Of a DNA stretch of 64,000 bases, positions 1-9,326 are shown one piece after another. The first letter of the stretch is position 1; each line of letters starts with the position of its first letter. The notes under the pieces were generated by a model. It saw only the letters and a program-made list of their open reading frames with translations, ran no database searches and was not told the DNA's origin. Both the position numbers and the translations under genes were made by a program. Source of the DNA: Longimicrobiales bacterium (GTDB taxonomy: Bacteria > Gemmatimonadota > Gemmatimonadetes > Longimicrobiales > Gaopeijiaceae); NCBI GenBank assembly GCA_041690395.1, contig JAWLHJ010000001.1:1-64000 (forward strand), in the 5' to 3' direction.

Positions 1-79
1 CGGGAGACTCGGGGTCGCCGAGCGGATCGGATGCGAAGCATCCGTAGCGAAGCGCCCCGAGGAGACCCCGAGTCTCCCG
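1..79. repeat. REP-like nested palindrome (may double as terminator of the 100..1185 gene)
   Basis: Perfect 16 bp inverted repeat CGGGAGACTCGGGGTC (1-16) / GACCCCGAGTCTCCCG (64-79) enclosing an inner hairpin CGGATGC-GAA-GCATCCG (28-44). May extend beyond the window edge. Confidence 0.7.
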
Positions 80-99
80 CGCCGTCCCCCCCTCACCCC

Positions 100-1185
100 T
101 CAGTCCTCAACCCACTCCGCCAGGAACAAATTCGTGTCGTTCGACCCCTCGTTGAACCGATTCGACCCGAACACCAGGTACCGTCCGTCCGGGCTGAACA
201 CGGGGAATCCGTCGAACTCCTCCGAGTAGGTGATCCGCTCGAGTCCGGTCCCGTCCAGCCCGATCATGTAGATCTCGAACTCGCGACCCTGCGGATCTTC
301 GTGGTTCGAGCTGAAGAGGATCCTCTCCCCGTCCGGATGCCAGTACGGCGCGAAGTTCGCGCCGGGCAGGTCGGTCACCTGTCGCTTGTTCGAGCCGTCC
401 GCGTCCATGACCCAGATATCCAGGTCTCCCGGGCGGATGAGGCCCTCGCCGAGCAGCCGCCGATAGTCGTCGGCCTCCTCGCCCTCCTCCGGATAGTGCG
501 CACGCCAGATGATCTGGGAGCCGTCCGGGGAATAGAACGCGCCCCCGTCGTACCCCAGCCGGTCGGTCAGCCGACGGACGTCGCTGCCGTCGAGGTTCAT
601 CGAGTACAGGTCGAGGTCTCCGTCCCGCACGCTCGTGAAGACCACACGGTCACCGACGGGGGACACGGTCGCCTCGGCGTCGTAGCCGTCGGTCTCGGTG
701 AGCTGCCGGAGATCCGTGCCGTCGAGATTCGCGGAGAAGATGTCGTACGTGTCGTAGATGGGCCACACGTACCCCATCGACATGTCCGGAGAAGCGGGGC
801 ACGAAGCGTCGTGGTGATGGGTAGACGAGTAGATGATCCGCTCCCCGTCGGGGTAGAAGTACGCGCACGTAGTGCGTCCTTCCCCCGTGCTCACCTCCGT
901 CGACTCGAGGGTCTCGAGGTCGAGGATGAAGATCTGATCACACTCCATGCCCGGCTTGCGCGCCTGATACACCAGGGCCGACCCGTCGAACGCCCAATAC
1001 GCCTCGGCGTTCTCGCCTCCGGAGGTGAGTTGCCTGAGATTCCCGAGCCGATCCTCGCCGGGCATGGCCAGGCTGCTGGGCTGCCGGTCGTCAGTGGCCG
1101 CGTCCCGGCCTCCATCGTCGCCGGATCCGCACCCGGCCAGCAGGGGCGCGATCATCATCGCGAACGCGAGGGTTCCATGGCGCAC
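100..1185 (-). CDS. TolB-like PD40/WD40 beta-propeller lipoprotein
   Basis: Lipobox LLAGC. Repeated PD40 motifs (FSPDG/YSPDG/WHPDG, LRQLT, DLYSMNLDGS). Confidence 0.85.
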   Translation of the reverse strand: MRHGTLAFAMMIAPLLAGCGSGDDGGRDAATDDRQPSSLAMPGEDRLGNLRQLTSGGENAEAYWAFDGSALVYQARKPGMECDQIFILDLETLESTEVSTGEGRTTCAYFYPDGERIIYSSTHHHDASCPASPDMSMGYVWPIYDTYDIFSANLDGTDLRQLTETDGYDAEATVSPVGDRVVFTSVRDGDLDLYSMNLDGSDVRRLTDRLGYDGGAFYSPDGSQIIWRAHYPEEGEEADDYRRLLGEGLIRPGDLDIWVMDADGSNKRQVTDLPGANFAPYWHPDGERILFSSNHEDPQGREFEIYMIGLDGTGLERITYSEEFDGFPVFSPDGRYLVFGSNRFNEGSNDTNLFLAEWVED

Positions 1186-1205
1186 GACTCATCTCCTTGT
1201 TGCTC

Positions 1206-2630
1206 ATGAACGGTTCATCGTTGGGAATCACGGTCTTGGCGCTGCTCCTGGCATCGTCGGCTCCGCTCGCGGCTCAACGCTGCCCCATCCCCGAAGCGGT
1301 CGTCGACGGGTTGGAGGGCGCCATGGCCCACGTTCGGTATCTCTCCGACGACGATCTCGCCGGCCGCGCCGTGGCGAGCGCCGGAGAGCGCTGCGCGTCG
1401 ACGTACCTGGTGGAAGCGTTCCGCCAGATCGGCCTGCGACCCGCTGGGTCGGATGGAAGCTACTTCCACGCCTTTCCCGTGCGAACAGGCACGGAGCTCG
1501 GTCAGACGAACACGCTTCAGGTCGACGGCGAAGGTCTGACCGTGCAGGCAGATTGGGCGCCGATCGGTGTTTCCGCCAGCGCCCGGGTCGAGGCGCCGCT
1601 CGTCTACGCCGGCTTCGGCGTGTCGAGCCCGGGCTCCGAAGCGGACCGATCGACGGGCGTCGACCTGACGGGCAGGATCGCGGTGGTCGAGTGGGGCGAC
1701 CCGGACACCCCGGATCGGCCGACCCTGAGGAGCGATCCGGCCTTCAAGGCGCGGGTGGCCGCCGGTCGCGACGCGGCCGGGCTTCTGATCCTCCTTCCCG
1801 GCGAGGAGGTCCCGCCCACGATCAGCCAGGAAACGGCGGCTGATGTCGGCATTCCCGTCGCGGTGGTCGCGGGTAGCCGCGCCGCCCGTATCCGCGCGGC
1901 GGCGGAGCGTGGCGCAACCGGCCGCATCGAGACCGACGTGCGACCCGTCGTGTCCGAAGCCAGGAACGTCGTCGCCGTGCTGCCCGGAACGGATCCGCTC
2001 GCGGCGTCGGAGTACGTGATCGTCGGGGCCCATTACGATCATCTCGGGCTCGGCGGCGAGGGCTCGCTCGAAGAGCGGGAAGGCCGCATCCACAACGGAG
2101 CGGACGACAACGCGAGCGGCACCGCAGCGCTGATCGAAGCGGCCCGCGCCGTGTCCAGGGCTCGGCCGGCCCGCACCGTGGTGTTCATCGCGTTCACGGG
2201 TGAGGAGCGTGGACTCCTGGGATCGCGCTTCTTCGTCGAACAGCCGACCGTCGCCCTCGAGCGGGCCGTCGCCATGCTCAACCTCGACATGGTGGGCCGC
2301 CTGGAGGACGGGCCTCTGACCGTGAACGGCACAGGTACCGCCGCCGAGTGGCCTGCGCTGATCGAGAGCGCGAACGCGTCGATCGGGCGGCCGTTGGCGC
2401 TGGAGTCCAATCCGAGCGGATCGGGGCCGTCCGATCATGCGTCGTTCGACGCGGCCGGCATTCCGGTCGTCCATCTATTCACCGGCACGCACCCGGACTA
2501 TCACCGGCCGGGCGACGACTGGGAGAAGGTGGACGGCGACGGGCTCGAGCGGATCATCGATCTGGCCGCGGCCCTGGTCGAGAGGCTCGCGACGCCCTCG
2601 GACGTGCCCACGCTCTCTCCGGAGGGCTGA
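1206..2630 (+). CDS. M28 family metallopeptidase with PA domain, exported
   Basis: Signal peptide. Zn-ligand motifs GAHYDH, GADDNASG, FTGEERGLLGS, NLDMVG, SDH, DYH. PA-type insert (LVYAGFGV...DLTGRIAVV). Confidence 0.9.
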   Translation: MNGSSLGITVLALLLASSAPLAAQRCPIPEAVVDGLEGAMAHVRYLSDDDLAGRAVASAGERCASTYLVEAFRQIGLRPAGSDGSYFHAFPVRTGTELGQTNTLQVDGEGLTVQADWAPIGVSASARVEAPLVYAGFGVSSPGSEADRSTGVDLTGRIAVVEWGDPDTPDRPTLRSDPAFKARVAAGRDAAGLLILLPGEEVPPTISQETAADVGIPVAVVAGSRAARIRAAAERGATGRIETDVRPVVSEARNVVAVLPGTDPLAASEYVIVGAHYDHLGLGGEGSLEEREGRIHNGADDNASGTAALIEAARAVSRARPARTVVFIAFTGEERGLLGSRFFVEQPTVALERAVAMLNLDMVGRLEDGPLTVNGTGTAAEWPALIESANASIGRPLALESNPSGSGPSDHASFDAAGIPVVHLFTGTHPDYHRPGDDWEKVDGDGLERIIDLAAALVERLATPSDVPTLSPEG

Positions 2631-2642
2631 AGCGAGAGGAGA

Positions 2643-2664
2643 GGGGCCCAAGGATGGGGGCCCC
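2643..2664. terminator. GC hairpin between convergent transcription units
   Basis: GGGGCCC-N8-GGGCCCC stem. Pyrimidine tail on the minus strand. Confidence 0.5.
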
Positions 2665-2666
2665 AT

Positions 2667-2806
2667 GGGAGGCACTCAGGCATCGCACCCGCCGGCTTCA
2701 GTCGATCTACCCCGGGAAAGCGCCCTGCAGCGGATTGCGGTGCGCAGGCCCGGCGCCATCGAGGCCGGCGCACCGCAGGGTTACCGCTCCGCTCCCTGAA
2801 CCTCTC
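2667..2806. ncRNA. candidate structured ncRNA of unknown family (strand uncertain; minus strand slightly favoured)
   Basis: Intergenic. Closing stems 2667-2680/2795-2806, 10 bp stem 2736-2745/2768-2777, and crossing complementarities CCCTGC/GCAGGG and AGCGG/CCGCT. Confidence 0.45.
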
Positions 2807-2858
2807 GGCCCGGCGCGGTCGTTGGAATGTCGGAATGGGACGGAATCGACCGCCGCCT

Positions 2859-4022
2859 CTACCGCCCGCCCGCGTCCTCCGTGCGACGGACGTCCACGCC
2901 CCTCCGCGCGAGCGCCTCCAGGTAGGGCTCCATCGGGATGCAGGCGTCGGGCGTGTGGACCCCCGCGGCGACCGAACCCGCGCCCTGGAGCCGCGCCACG
3001 GCCGCCAACGAGTAGCCGGTGGTTCGCATCATGGCGCTGATCCCGCGCTCGGTGTCCGCCCGGTCGAGCAGGTCGAACCGGACACGCGCCGGCTCCGACC
3101 CCTTGCGTCCACGGACCTCGACCCTCAGCACCACCAGGTCTTCCTCGTCGGGGTCGGTCAGCCGTGGGCCGACGGTCCTAATGAAGACATCCCGCGGGGT
3201 CACCGTGCACCCGTCCACCTCGAGCGGGGCATCGTCGATCAGCCCCAGATCCCGGATCGCCTTCATGAGCGCCGCGTGCCCCGGATACCGGAGGGTCTTG
3301 TACGACATCGCCGGGACACGCCCTTCGTACTCGTACGGCATCCGTGAGATGCCTCCGGCCGTGAGAAAGGCTTCGAGCTCGCCGAGCGGGGGTCCGAAGT
3401 CCAGCGTCTCCACCTCCGTCAGCGCCTCCCGCTCCACGACGCGGCCGTCCTCGAGCTTGAGAACGGGCGTCGTGTAGTAGTCGAGAACGCCCTCGAGCGA
3501 GTACGCCACCCGGTAGTTGAGTGGCGGCTTCGGATGCCGTGGGAGCCCGCCCACATAGATCGTCACCGACTCCGTCTCGTCGAGCGCGTCGATCCCGCCA
3601 CGCGCCAGGATGTTCACCATGCCCGGCGCCAGGCCGCAGTCCGGGACCACCGAGACCCCGGCCTCACGCGCGGCGCCGGCGAGCTCCATCTGACGATTCA
3701 CGATGTCGGTGTTCCCACCGAGATCGCAGAAGTGCGCGCCGGACCGGACCGCGGCACGGGAGGCGGCGAGGTTGAAGTGGTACGGGAGCGCGCACGCCAC
3801 GACGTCGAAGCCCGCCATGGCAGCCTCGAGCGCAGACTCGTCCGAGGCGTCGATCTCGAGGAGCGTGAGCTTCCCGTCCAGATAGGGGCGCAGGAAATCC
3901 GCCGGCCGGCTCACGTCCACGTCCGCGACCACGACCGCCTGGACGTCGTCCGAACCGGCCAGGTCGAACGCGCACGCCGACCCCTGAGCCCCACCGCCGA
4001 GTACGAGAACCTTCATCGTCAC
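2859..4022 (-). CDS. saccharopine dehydrogenase / lysine 6-dehydrogenase family protein
   Basis: N-terminal Rossmann VLGGGAQG. Motifs DLGG, DCGLAPG, YKTLRYPGH, SAMMRTTG. Confidence 0.88.
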   Translation of the reverse strand: MTMKVLVLGGGAQGSACAFDLAGSDDVQAVVVADVDVSRPADFLRPYLDGKLTLLEIDASDESALEAAMAGFDVVACALPYHFNLAASRAAVRSGAHFCDLGGNTDIVNRQMELAGAAREAGVSVVPDCGLAPGMVNILARGGIDALDETESVTIYVGGLPRHPKPPLNYRVAYSLEGVLDYYTTPVLKLEDGRVVEREALTEVETLDFGPPLGELEAFLTAGGISRMPYEYEGRVPAMSYKTLRYPGHAALMKAIRDLGLIDDAPLEVDGCTVTPRDVFIRTVGPRLTDPDEEDLVVLRVEVRGRKGSEPARVRFDLLDRADTERGISAMMRTTGYSLAAVARLQGAGSVAAGVHTPDACIPMEPYLEALARRGVDVRRTEDAGGR

Positions 4023-4028
4023 ACTCCT

Positions 4029-6638
4029 TCAGCCGAGTAGATCGAGTTGGTCTTCCGGCAGGACGGTGTCGCCCGTGTCCGGGTCGGTGGCGACCCCTGC
4101 GTCGGGCCGGTCCCCGTCATCGCCACGGTCGTCCTCGCCTTCGCGGCCCCCACCTCCCCCGTCGTCATCAGCCAGCCCCCCGTCGGCCTCGTCACCCTCC
4201 GCCTGGGCACGGGTCACCTCGACCACGCGGTCTCCGGCCTCCAGCTTGACGACCCGCTTCCCCTGGGTGCGTCGCCCCTGGACCGGAACGACTTCGGCCT
4301 TCAAACGGGTGACCTGCCCTCCGGCCGACACGAGCATGACCTCGTCGGCGTCGACGACTTCCAGCGCACCGACGATCACGTTCGCGTCTCCGGGTACGGC
4401 CATCGTGCCGAGTCCGCCCCGCTTCTGCAACGGGAACTCGGACACCGGCGTCCGCTTCCCGAACCCGTCCTCGCTGACCATCAGAACGGCGGCATCCCGA
4501 CGAATCAGGAGCATACCGATGACCTCGTCGTCGTCACGCAGCCCCATCCCCTTCACCCCCTGGGCCGTACGCCCGAAGACGCTCACGTCCTCCTCGGGGA
4601 ACCGGATCGCTCGCCCGTCCCGAGAGAGCAGGATGAGCTCCGCGGTCCCGTCGGAGAACGCCACGTCGAGGACCGCGTCACTGTCCTTGAGGCCGGCGGC
4701 CTTGATGCCGCCGCTCCGCGGATTCGAGAACTCCGAGAGCACGGTCCGCTTCACCAGCCCCTGGCGGGTGAGGAACACCAGATACCGGTCGTCCCGGTCC
4801 AGGTCGCTCACCGGAATCATGGAGACGATCGGGTCGCTCCGGTCGGCGCCGTCCAGGAGCGCGTAGACCGACTGCCCCCGGGACGCCCGCGCGCCCTCGG
4901 GCACGTCGAGCACCGGCAGGAAGTGGCAGTGCCCTTGCTCGGTGAACGTCAGCACCCACCCTTGCGACCGCGCGACGAAGACGCGCTCGAGATAGTCGTC
5001 CTCGTACCGCTCCATACCGGCCAACGGCTTCCCGGAGCCCACCCTCCGCTTGTAAAGGTGCATGGGGATGCGCTTCACGAAGCCCTCGTGCGACAGGGTG
5101 ACGACGACGTCCTCGTCCGCCATCCGGTCGTCGAGCGACACCGAAGACCCCGGCTCGTCGTCCGCCTCGTCGAGCAGGACCGTGCGACGCTTGTCCCCGT
5201 ACTCGCGCACGACCGCGTTCAGCTCGTCGAGCATGGTCTCGAGCTGCAGCTCCTCCGAATCGAGCAGGGAGCGCAGGTGCGCGATGCTCTCCTTCAGCTC
5301 CGCGAGCCGAGCCTCGAGCTGCTCCCGCTCCAGTGCGGTGAGTCTCGCCAACCGCATGTTCAGGATGGCGTCGGCCTGGATCTCGCTCAGCCCGAACCGC
5401 TCCTGCAGCCGGTCGGACGCCTCGGACCGGTCAGCCGACGCGCGGATGATGCGAATGACCTCGTCGATGTGATCGAGCGCGGCGAGGAGCCCCTCGACCA
5501 CGTGTCGCTCGGCCTCGGCCTTCTCCAGATCGTGCCGGCTCCTTCTCTGGATCACCTCGAGGCGGTGATCGCGGAAGCGCTCCAGCATCATCTTCAGGGT
5601 GAAGACGCGCGGTTGGCCCTTGTCCAGCGCGATCATGTGGGCGCCGAACGTCGACTGGAGGTAGGTCCCACGGTAGAGGCGCTCCAGCACCGCCCCGGCG
5701 TCCGAGCCCCGCTTGAGCTCGATGACCAGCCGGATCCCGTCCCGGTCCGTCTCGTCCCGGACGTCGGAGATCTCGTCGACCTTCCCCTTCTTCGAGAGCG
5801 CGACGATCTGCTCGATGATCTTCGTCTTGGAGACCGCGTAGGGGAGCTCCGTGACGACCAGCTGCTCTTTCCCGCCCCGGAGCGACTCCTTCACCACCCG
5901 GGCGCGCATGATCACGCGGCCCCGGCCCTCCTTGTACATCTCCTCGATACCGTCGCGGCCCACCACGAAGCCGCCGGTCGGGAAGTCGGGCCCGGGGATG
6001 TGCCGCATGAGGTCGTCGACCGTGCAGTCCGGATCGACCACGAGCTGACGCACCCCGGCCGCCACCTCCGCGAGGTTGTGCGGCGGCACGTTCGTGCTCA
6101 TCCCGACCGCGATCCCGGAGGAGCCGTTCACGAGCAGGTTCGGGAAGCGCCCGGGAAGGACGACCGGCTCCTTCCGCTGATCGTCGAAGTTCGGCTGGAA
6201 GTCGACGGTGTCCTTCTCGATGTCGTCCAGGAGCTCGGCCGCGAGCTCTTCCAGGCGCGCCTCGGTGTACCGGTAGGCGGCCGCGGAATCGCCGTCTATG
6301 GAACCGAAGTTGCCCTGGCCGTCGATGAGCGGCATACGGAGCGAGAACTCCTGCACCATCCGGACGAGCGCGTCGTAGACCGCCGAGTCACCGTGCGGAT
6401 GGTACTTACCCAGCACGTCACCGACGACCGCCGCGCTCTTCTTGTAGGGCCGGTCGGGCGCGAGCCCCATCTCGTGCATGGCGTACAGGATGCGCCGGTG
6501 CACGGGCTTGAGTCCGTCGCGGACGTCGGGAAGTGCGCGCTGGACGATGACGCTCATCGAATAATCGAGGAACGACTCGCGCATCTCCTCTTCGATGAGG
6601 CGGGGGAGGATCCGCTCACGCTTCGAGGCGGTTGCCAT
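4029..6638 (-). CDS. gyrA: type IIA topoisomerase subunit A (GyrA/ParC family; GyrA-box degenerate)
   Basis: [25 protein letters not shown], catalytic RYTEARL, C-terminal beta-pinwheel repeats and acidic tail. Could be the ParC-like paralogue. Confidence 0.9.
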   Translation of the reverse strand: MATASKRERILPRLIEEEMRESFLDYSMSVIVQRALPDVRDGLKPVHRRILYAMHEMGLAPDRPYKKSAAVVGDVLGKYHPHGDSAVYDALVRMVQEFSLRMPLIDGQGNFGSIDGDSAAAYRYTEARLEELAAELLDDIEKDTVDFQPNFDDQRKEPVVLPGRFPNLLVNGSSGIAVGMSTNVPPHNLAEVAAGVRQLVVDPDCTVDDLMRHIPGPDFPTGGFVVGRDGIEEMYKEGRGRVIMRARVVKESLRGGKEQLVVTELPYAVSKTKIIEQIVALSKKGKVDEISDVRDETDRDGIRLVIELKRGSDAGAVLERLYRGTYLQSTFGAHMIALDKGQPRVFTLKMMLERFRDHRLEVIQRRSRHDLEKAEAERHVVEGLLAALDHIDEVIRIIRASADRSEASDRLQERFGLSEIQADAILNMRLARLTALEREQLEARLAELKESIAHLRSLLDSEELQLETMLDELNAVVREYGDKRRTVLLDEADDEPGSSVSLDDRMADEDVVVTLSHEGFVKRIPMHLYKRRVGSGKPLAGMERYEDDYLERVFVARSQGWVLTFTEQGHCHFLPVLDVPEGARASRGQSVYALLDGADRSDPIVSMIPVSDLDRDDRYLVFLTRQGLVKRTVLSEFSNPRSGGIKAAGLKDSDAVLDVAFSDGTAELILLSRDGRAIRFPEEDVSVFGRTAQGVKGMGLRDDDEVIGMLLIRRDAAVLMVSEDGFGKRTPVSEFPLQKRGGLGTMAVPGDANVIVGALEVVDADEVMLVSAGGQVTRLKAEVVPVQGRRTQGKRVVKLEAGDRVVEVTRAQAEGDEADGGLADDDGGGGGREGEDDRGDDGDRPDAGVATDPDTGDTVLPEDQLDLLG

Positions 6639-6835
6639 GCAAACTCCGGTGGGTGAAACGCCGATGACGATGGGCGGGCGCGGAGCCGCGGGGGGTCTCG
6701 GCGGAGGGCCAACGCAAGCCTCTCGACCGGGTGCGGCCGCGCCGCGGCCCGAAGCTTCTCACCTTGGGAGGGGGGCCGCAACCCGGGGATGGGACGGCCC
6801 GATGGGCTGGCCGGGGAGGCCGCGGCCGAGCGGTG

Positions 6836-7105
6836 CTACGTCTCGGGGTTCTCGTCCGTGCCGACGCCGGCCAGCAGGTCGACGACCCTGCGCTTCAGCT
6901 CGGGAGGAGCGCTTTCACCGCGGCTCGCGCGGGCCAACGCCTCACGGAACGACCGCTCGAACCTCAGGTGCGGATAGCACCGCGAGCAGATGTCGAAGTG
7001 CGCTCGGACACGATCCGCCGATACACCCTCGAGCGTTCCGTCGAGGAACTCCTGAACCACGGTGATCGCCTCGCGGCACGTGATCCCATCTCCACAAGAA
7101 GACAT
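6836..7105 (-). CDS. zf-HC2 (ZAS) anti-sigma factor, soluble
   Basis: C-x(n)-HxxxCxxC (ITCREA...HFDICSRC), immediately downstream of an ECF sigma. Confidence 0.88.
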   Translation of the reverse strand: MSSCGDGITCREAITVVQEFLDGTLEGVSADRVRAHFDICSRCYPHLRFERSFREALARASRGESAPPELKRRVVDLLAGVGTDENPET

Positions 7106-7109
7106 CGCT

Positions 7110-7727
7110 TCAACCTCCCTCACGGGACGACGCCCGCGCTGGAATGTGTCCCATCTCGACCGCGTATTCGTACAGGGCCTCCTGCAACCGCCGGCGCCCC
7201 CGGAAGAGCCGGCTCTTCACCGTGCCGACCGGAACCTCGAGGAGGTCGGAGATCTCCTGATACGCCAGTCCCTCCAGATCCGACAGCAGGACGACGGTGC
7301 GGAACTCCTCCGGCAGGTCGTCGACGGCCCTGAGGATCTCCTCGTCCACGATGGAGTCGAAGAAGTCCGCCTCGGGACTCACCGACTGGATGGTGGACCA
7401 GAGAGGATTGACCGGGTCGGGGAGCGCGTCGTCGCGCTCGGTGTGCTTCTCGACCAGGTCGTCGTGCCGCTTCGCCCGCTCCCGACCCCTCAGGAACACG
7501 TTGCGGCAGATCGTGAACAGCCAACTCTTCGCGCGGGTGCCCGGCGTATACTGGCCCCATGCGCGGTAGGCCCGCAGGAACGTCTCCTGTACCAGGTCCG
7601 CGGCCTGGTCGGGAGAGCCCGAAAGCCTCAGGGCGAACCGATAGACCGCGTCGAGATGGGGGAGGGCCTCCTCCGCGAATCCGTCCCCGTTCGCCGCGAC
7701 GCCGCTCGCGCCCCGGCCCTCAGTCAC
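7110..7727 (-). CDS. ECF sigma-70 factor (SigH/SigR-like)
   Basis: Region 2 DLVQETFLRAY...SWLFTICRN. Region 4 YQEISDLLEVPVGTVKSRLFRGR. Confidence 0.93.
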   Translation of the reverse strand: MTEGRGASGVAANGDGFAEEALPHLDAVYRFALRLSGSPDQAADLVQETFLRAYRAWGQYTPGTRAKSWLFTICRNVFLRGRERAKRHDDLVEKHTERDDALPDPVNPLWSTIQSVSPEADFFDSIVDEEILRAVDDLPEEFRTVVLLSDLEGLAYQEISDLLEVPVGTVKSRLFRGRRRLQEALYEYAVEMGHIPARASSREGG

Positions 7728-8047
7728 GGGTCGAGACCCTCGAGCTCGGCGGCGAACTCCTCCGCCATCGTCGGATGACCATGCCGCTCCGCGGCCTCGA
7801 TCCCCTTTCGAAACGCATCCTTCGCCTCATCCAGTCTTCCGAGATCGATGAGCGCGAGCGCCAGACGGCCCCACGCGTTCCCCTCGTCGTCCGAGGACGC
7901 GAGATACGTCTCGAGTTCCCGGACCCCGTCTTCGGTCCGCCCGCCGTTCAGGTGCTCGACCGCCAGCGCGAAGCGGATGCGGCCGTCGTCGGGGCGCTTT
8001 TCGAGCATGCGCTCGAGCGAGCGAATGCGAGTGTCCGGAGGCGTCAT
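7724..8047 (-). CDS. small tetratricopeptide-repeat protein
   Basis: TPR-like helices (FALAVEHL..., AWGRLALAL..GRLDEAKDAFRKG). 4 bp overlap with the sigma gene. Confidence 0.8.
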   Translation of the reverse strand: MTPPDTRIRSLERMLEKRPDDGRIRFALAVEHLNGGRTEDGVRELETYLASSDDEGNAWGRLALALIDLGRLDEAKDAFRKGIEAAERHGHPTMAEEFAAELEGLDP

Positions 8048-8048
8048 G

Positions 8049-8471
8049 TCAGTCGGGAAAGTGCAGGAGGCGAGCGGTCTCGGTCGTCGGCGGTGCGCCC
8101 GTCATGAGCTCGATCAGCGCCTCCATCTCCGCGGCCATCTCACCCACGCGATGCGCGACCGTGAAGACGTGCGCGAAATCGAAGTAGGCCGCCACGGCGC
8201 CTTCGGCGGCCGCATGGGTGGCGAGCACGGACGTCTCCATCTCCAGCCGCAGCCACGTGACGATGGAGTCGATCGCCGCCTGGACCTCTCGCACCTCCGC
8301 GAGGGACTCGAGCGACACGTCTCCGTCGAGCCGGGTCACGAACGCTTCGACCCTCACGCGATCCTCGGGTGGCGCGAGCACGGCGGCGCCCCCCGGCTCG
8401 CCCTCTCGGAGCAGGCCGTTCGCCCCGGCCTTCAGGGCGGTCAACTCTTCGTAGTTGAACTGGAGGATCAC
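8049..8471 (-). CDS. hypothetical helical protein
   Basis: Protein-like composition and GC3 bias. Packed 1 bp from the next gene in the same operon. Confidence 0.7.
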   Translation of the reverse strand: MILQFNYEELTALKAGANGLLREGEPGGAAVLAPPEDRVRVEAFVTRLDGDVSLESLAEVREVQAAIDSIVTWLRLEMETSVLATHAAAEGAVAAYFDFAHVFTVAHRVGEMAAEMEALIELMTGAPPTTETARLLHFPD

Positions 8472-8528
8472 GGTGCCATCCGGCGCTCGATGTGGCCTCC
8501 GGATCGCCGGAGGCTCCTCATATTGTAC

Positions 8529-9326
8529 TCATTGTTCGAGATCGTCGTTCCGGCAAGGGTCTTCGACGAACCGGTCCGCGATGACCAGCCCCCCAACCAC
8601 GTCTACGAGCACGTGCGCGAGGATGGCCGGCAACAGGCTTCCGGAGATCAGCATCCCGCCGGCGAGGGCTCCGCCCATGAGGGCCGTGCGGACGATCCCG
8701 ATGGGCCCCTGATAGGCGTGTAGGAGGCCGAAGACCGCCGAGGTGACCGCGACGCTCCATGGGAGGCCGATCGCGACGGCGAGCGCCGGGATGGCGAAAC
8801 CACGAAACGCGACCTCCTCTCCGACGCCCGCTGCGACCGACAAGAGTAGGAAGACCCGCTTCTCCCCTCCGGTGCGCGGGAGCAGCCTGCCGAGCACCGG
8901 GCTCTCCCCGAGCCCCAGCGCCCGCCCGACACCGCGAGAGAGCAGCATGACCGCGACCCCGAACACGGTGAGTCCGACGGTCCACGCGAGAAGCGATCCC
9001 AACGGGAGCGGCCTGAGCGCGATCCCTTCCGGGCCCACGCCGCGCGTCCCGACGAGCCAGGTCGTCGCGCCGAGCACCCAGAGCGTGGCGATGGAGCTCC
9101 AGTAGGCCGCCATCCGGTCGAAGGGGAGCCGTTCGAGCACCGCCGCCTGCGCCAACGCGAGGCCGGGCAGCACGACGAGCATGACGGTGAGGAGGATCGT
9201 GTCGAGCAGCCGGAGTCCGCCGACGAAGTAGAGGGCGAGCCCCACGCCCCAGGTCGCCCCCGCGAGGATCCAGCGGGAGAGAGCGCCGCTACGCGGCCGG
9301 ATGTCGACCTCGGTAGCTCCGGTCAT
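8529..9326 (-). CDS. CPBP/Abi (CAAX-like) intramembrane metalloprotease
   Basis: EExxFRG, FGLLH and HxxxD (LAHVLVD) motifs. Multiple TM helices. ATGA overlap with the upstream stop. Confidence 0.88.
   Translation of the reverse strand: MTGATEVDIRPRSGALSRWILAGATWGVGLALYFVGGLRLLDTILLTVMLVVLPGLALAQAAVLERLPFDRMAAYWSSIATLWVLGATTWLVGTRGVGPEGIALRPLPLGSLLAWTVGLTVFGVAVMLLSRGVGRALGLGESPVLGRLLPRTGGEKRVFLLLSVAAGVGEEVAFRGFAIPALAVAIGLPWSVAVTSAVFGLLHAYQGPIGIVRTALMGGALAGGMLISGSLLPAILAHVLVDVVGGLVIADRFVEDPCRNDDLEQ

Noticed and set aside
2667..2806. Confident call as 6S RNA, SRP RNA, tmRNA, RNase P RNA or a known riboswitch
   Set aside because: The hallmark motifs of each are missing, so it is kept only as an unknown structured-RNA candidate.
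2823..2846. Three GGAAT copies downstream of the dehydrogenase gene
   Set aside because: They are too short and irregularly spaced to support a repeat or operator call.
6376..6405. Quinolone-resistance substitution in the QRDR
   Set aside because: The sequence [10 protein letters not shown] retains the wild-type Ser and Asp.
4047..6656. 869 aa + strand ORF, and other long antisense or alternate-frame ORFs (e.g. 31..1209, 18119..20581, 20169..22547, 45137..47608, 55847..58927)
   Set aside because: These are shadow ORFs of real genes. High GC3 removes stop codons on the opposite strand, and the products are Arg/Pro/Gly-rich with no motifs.
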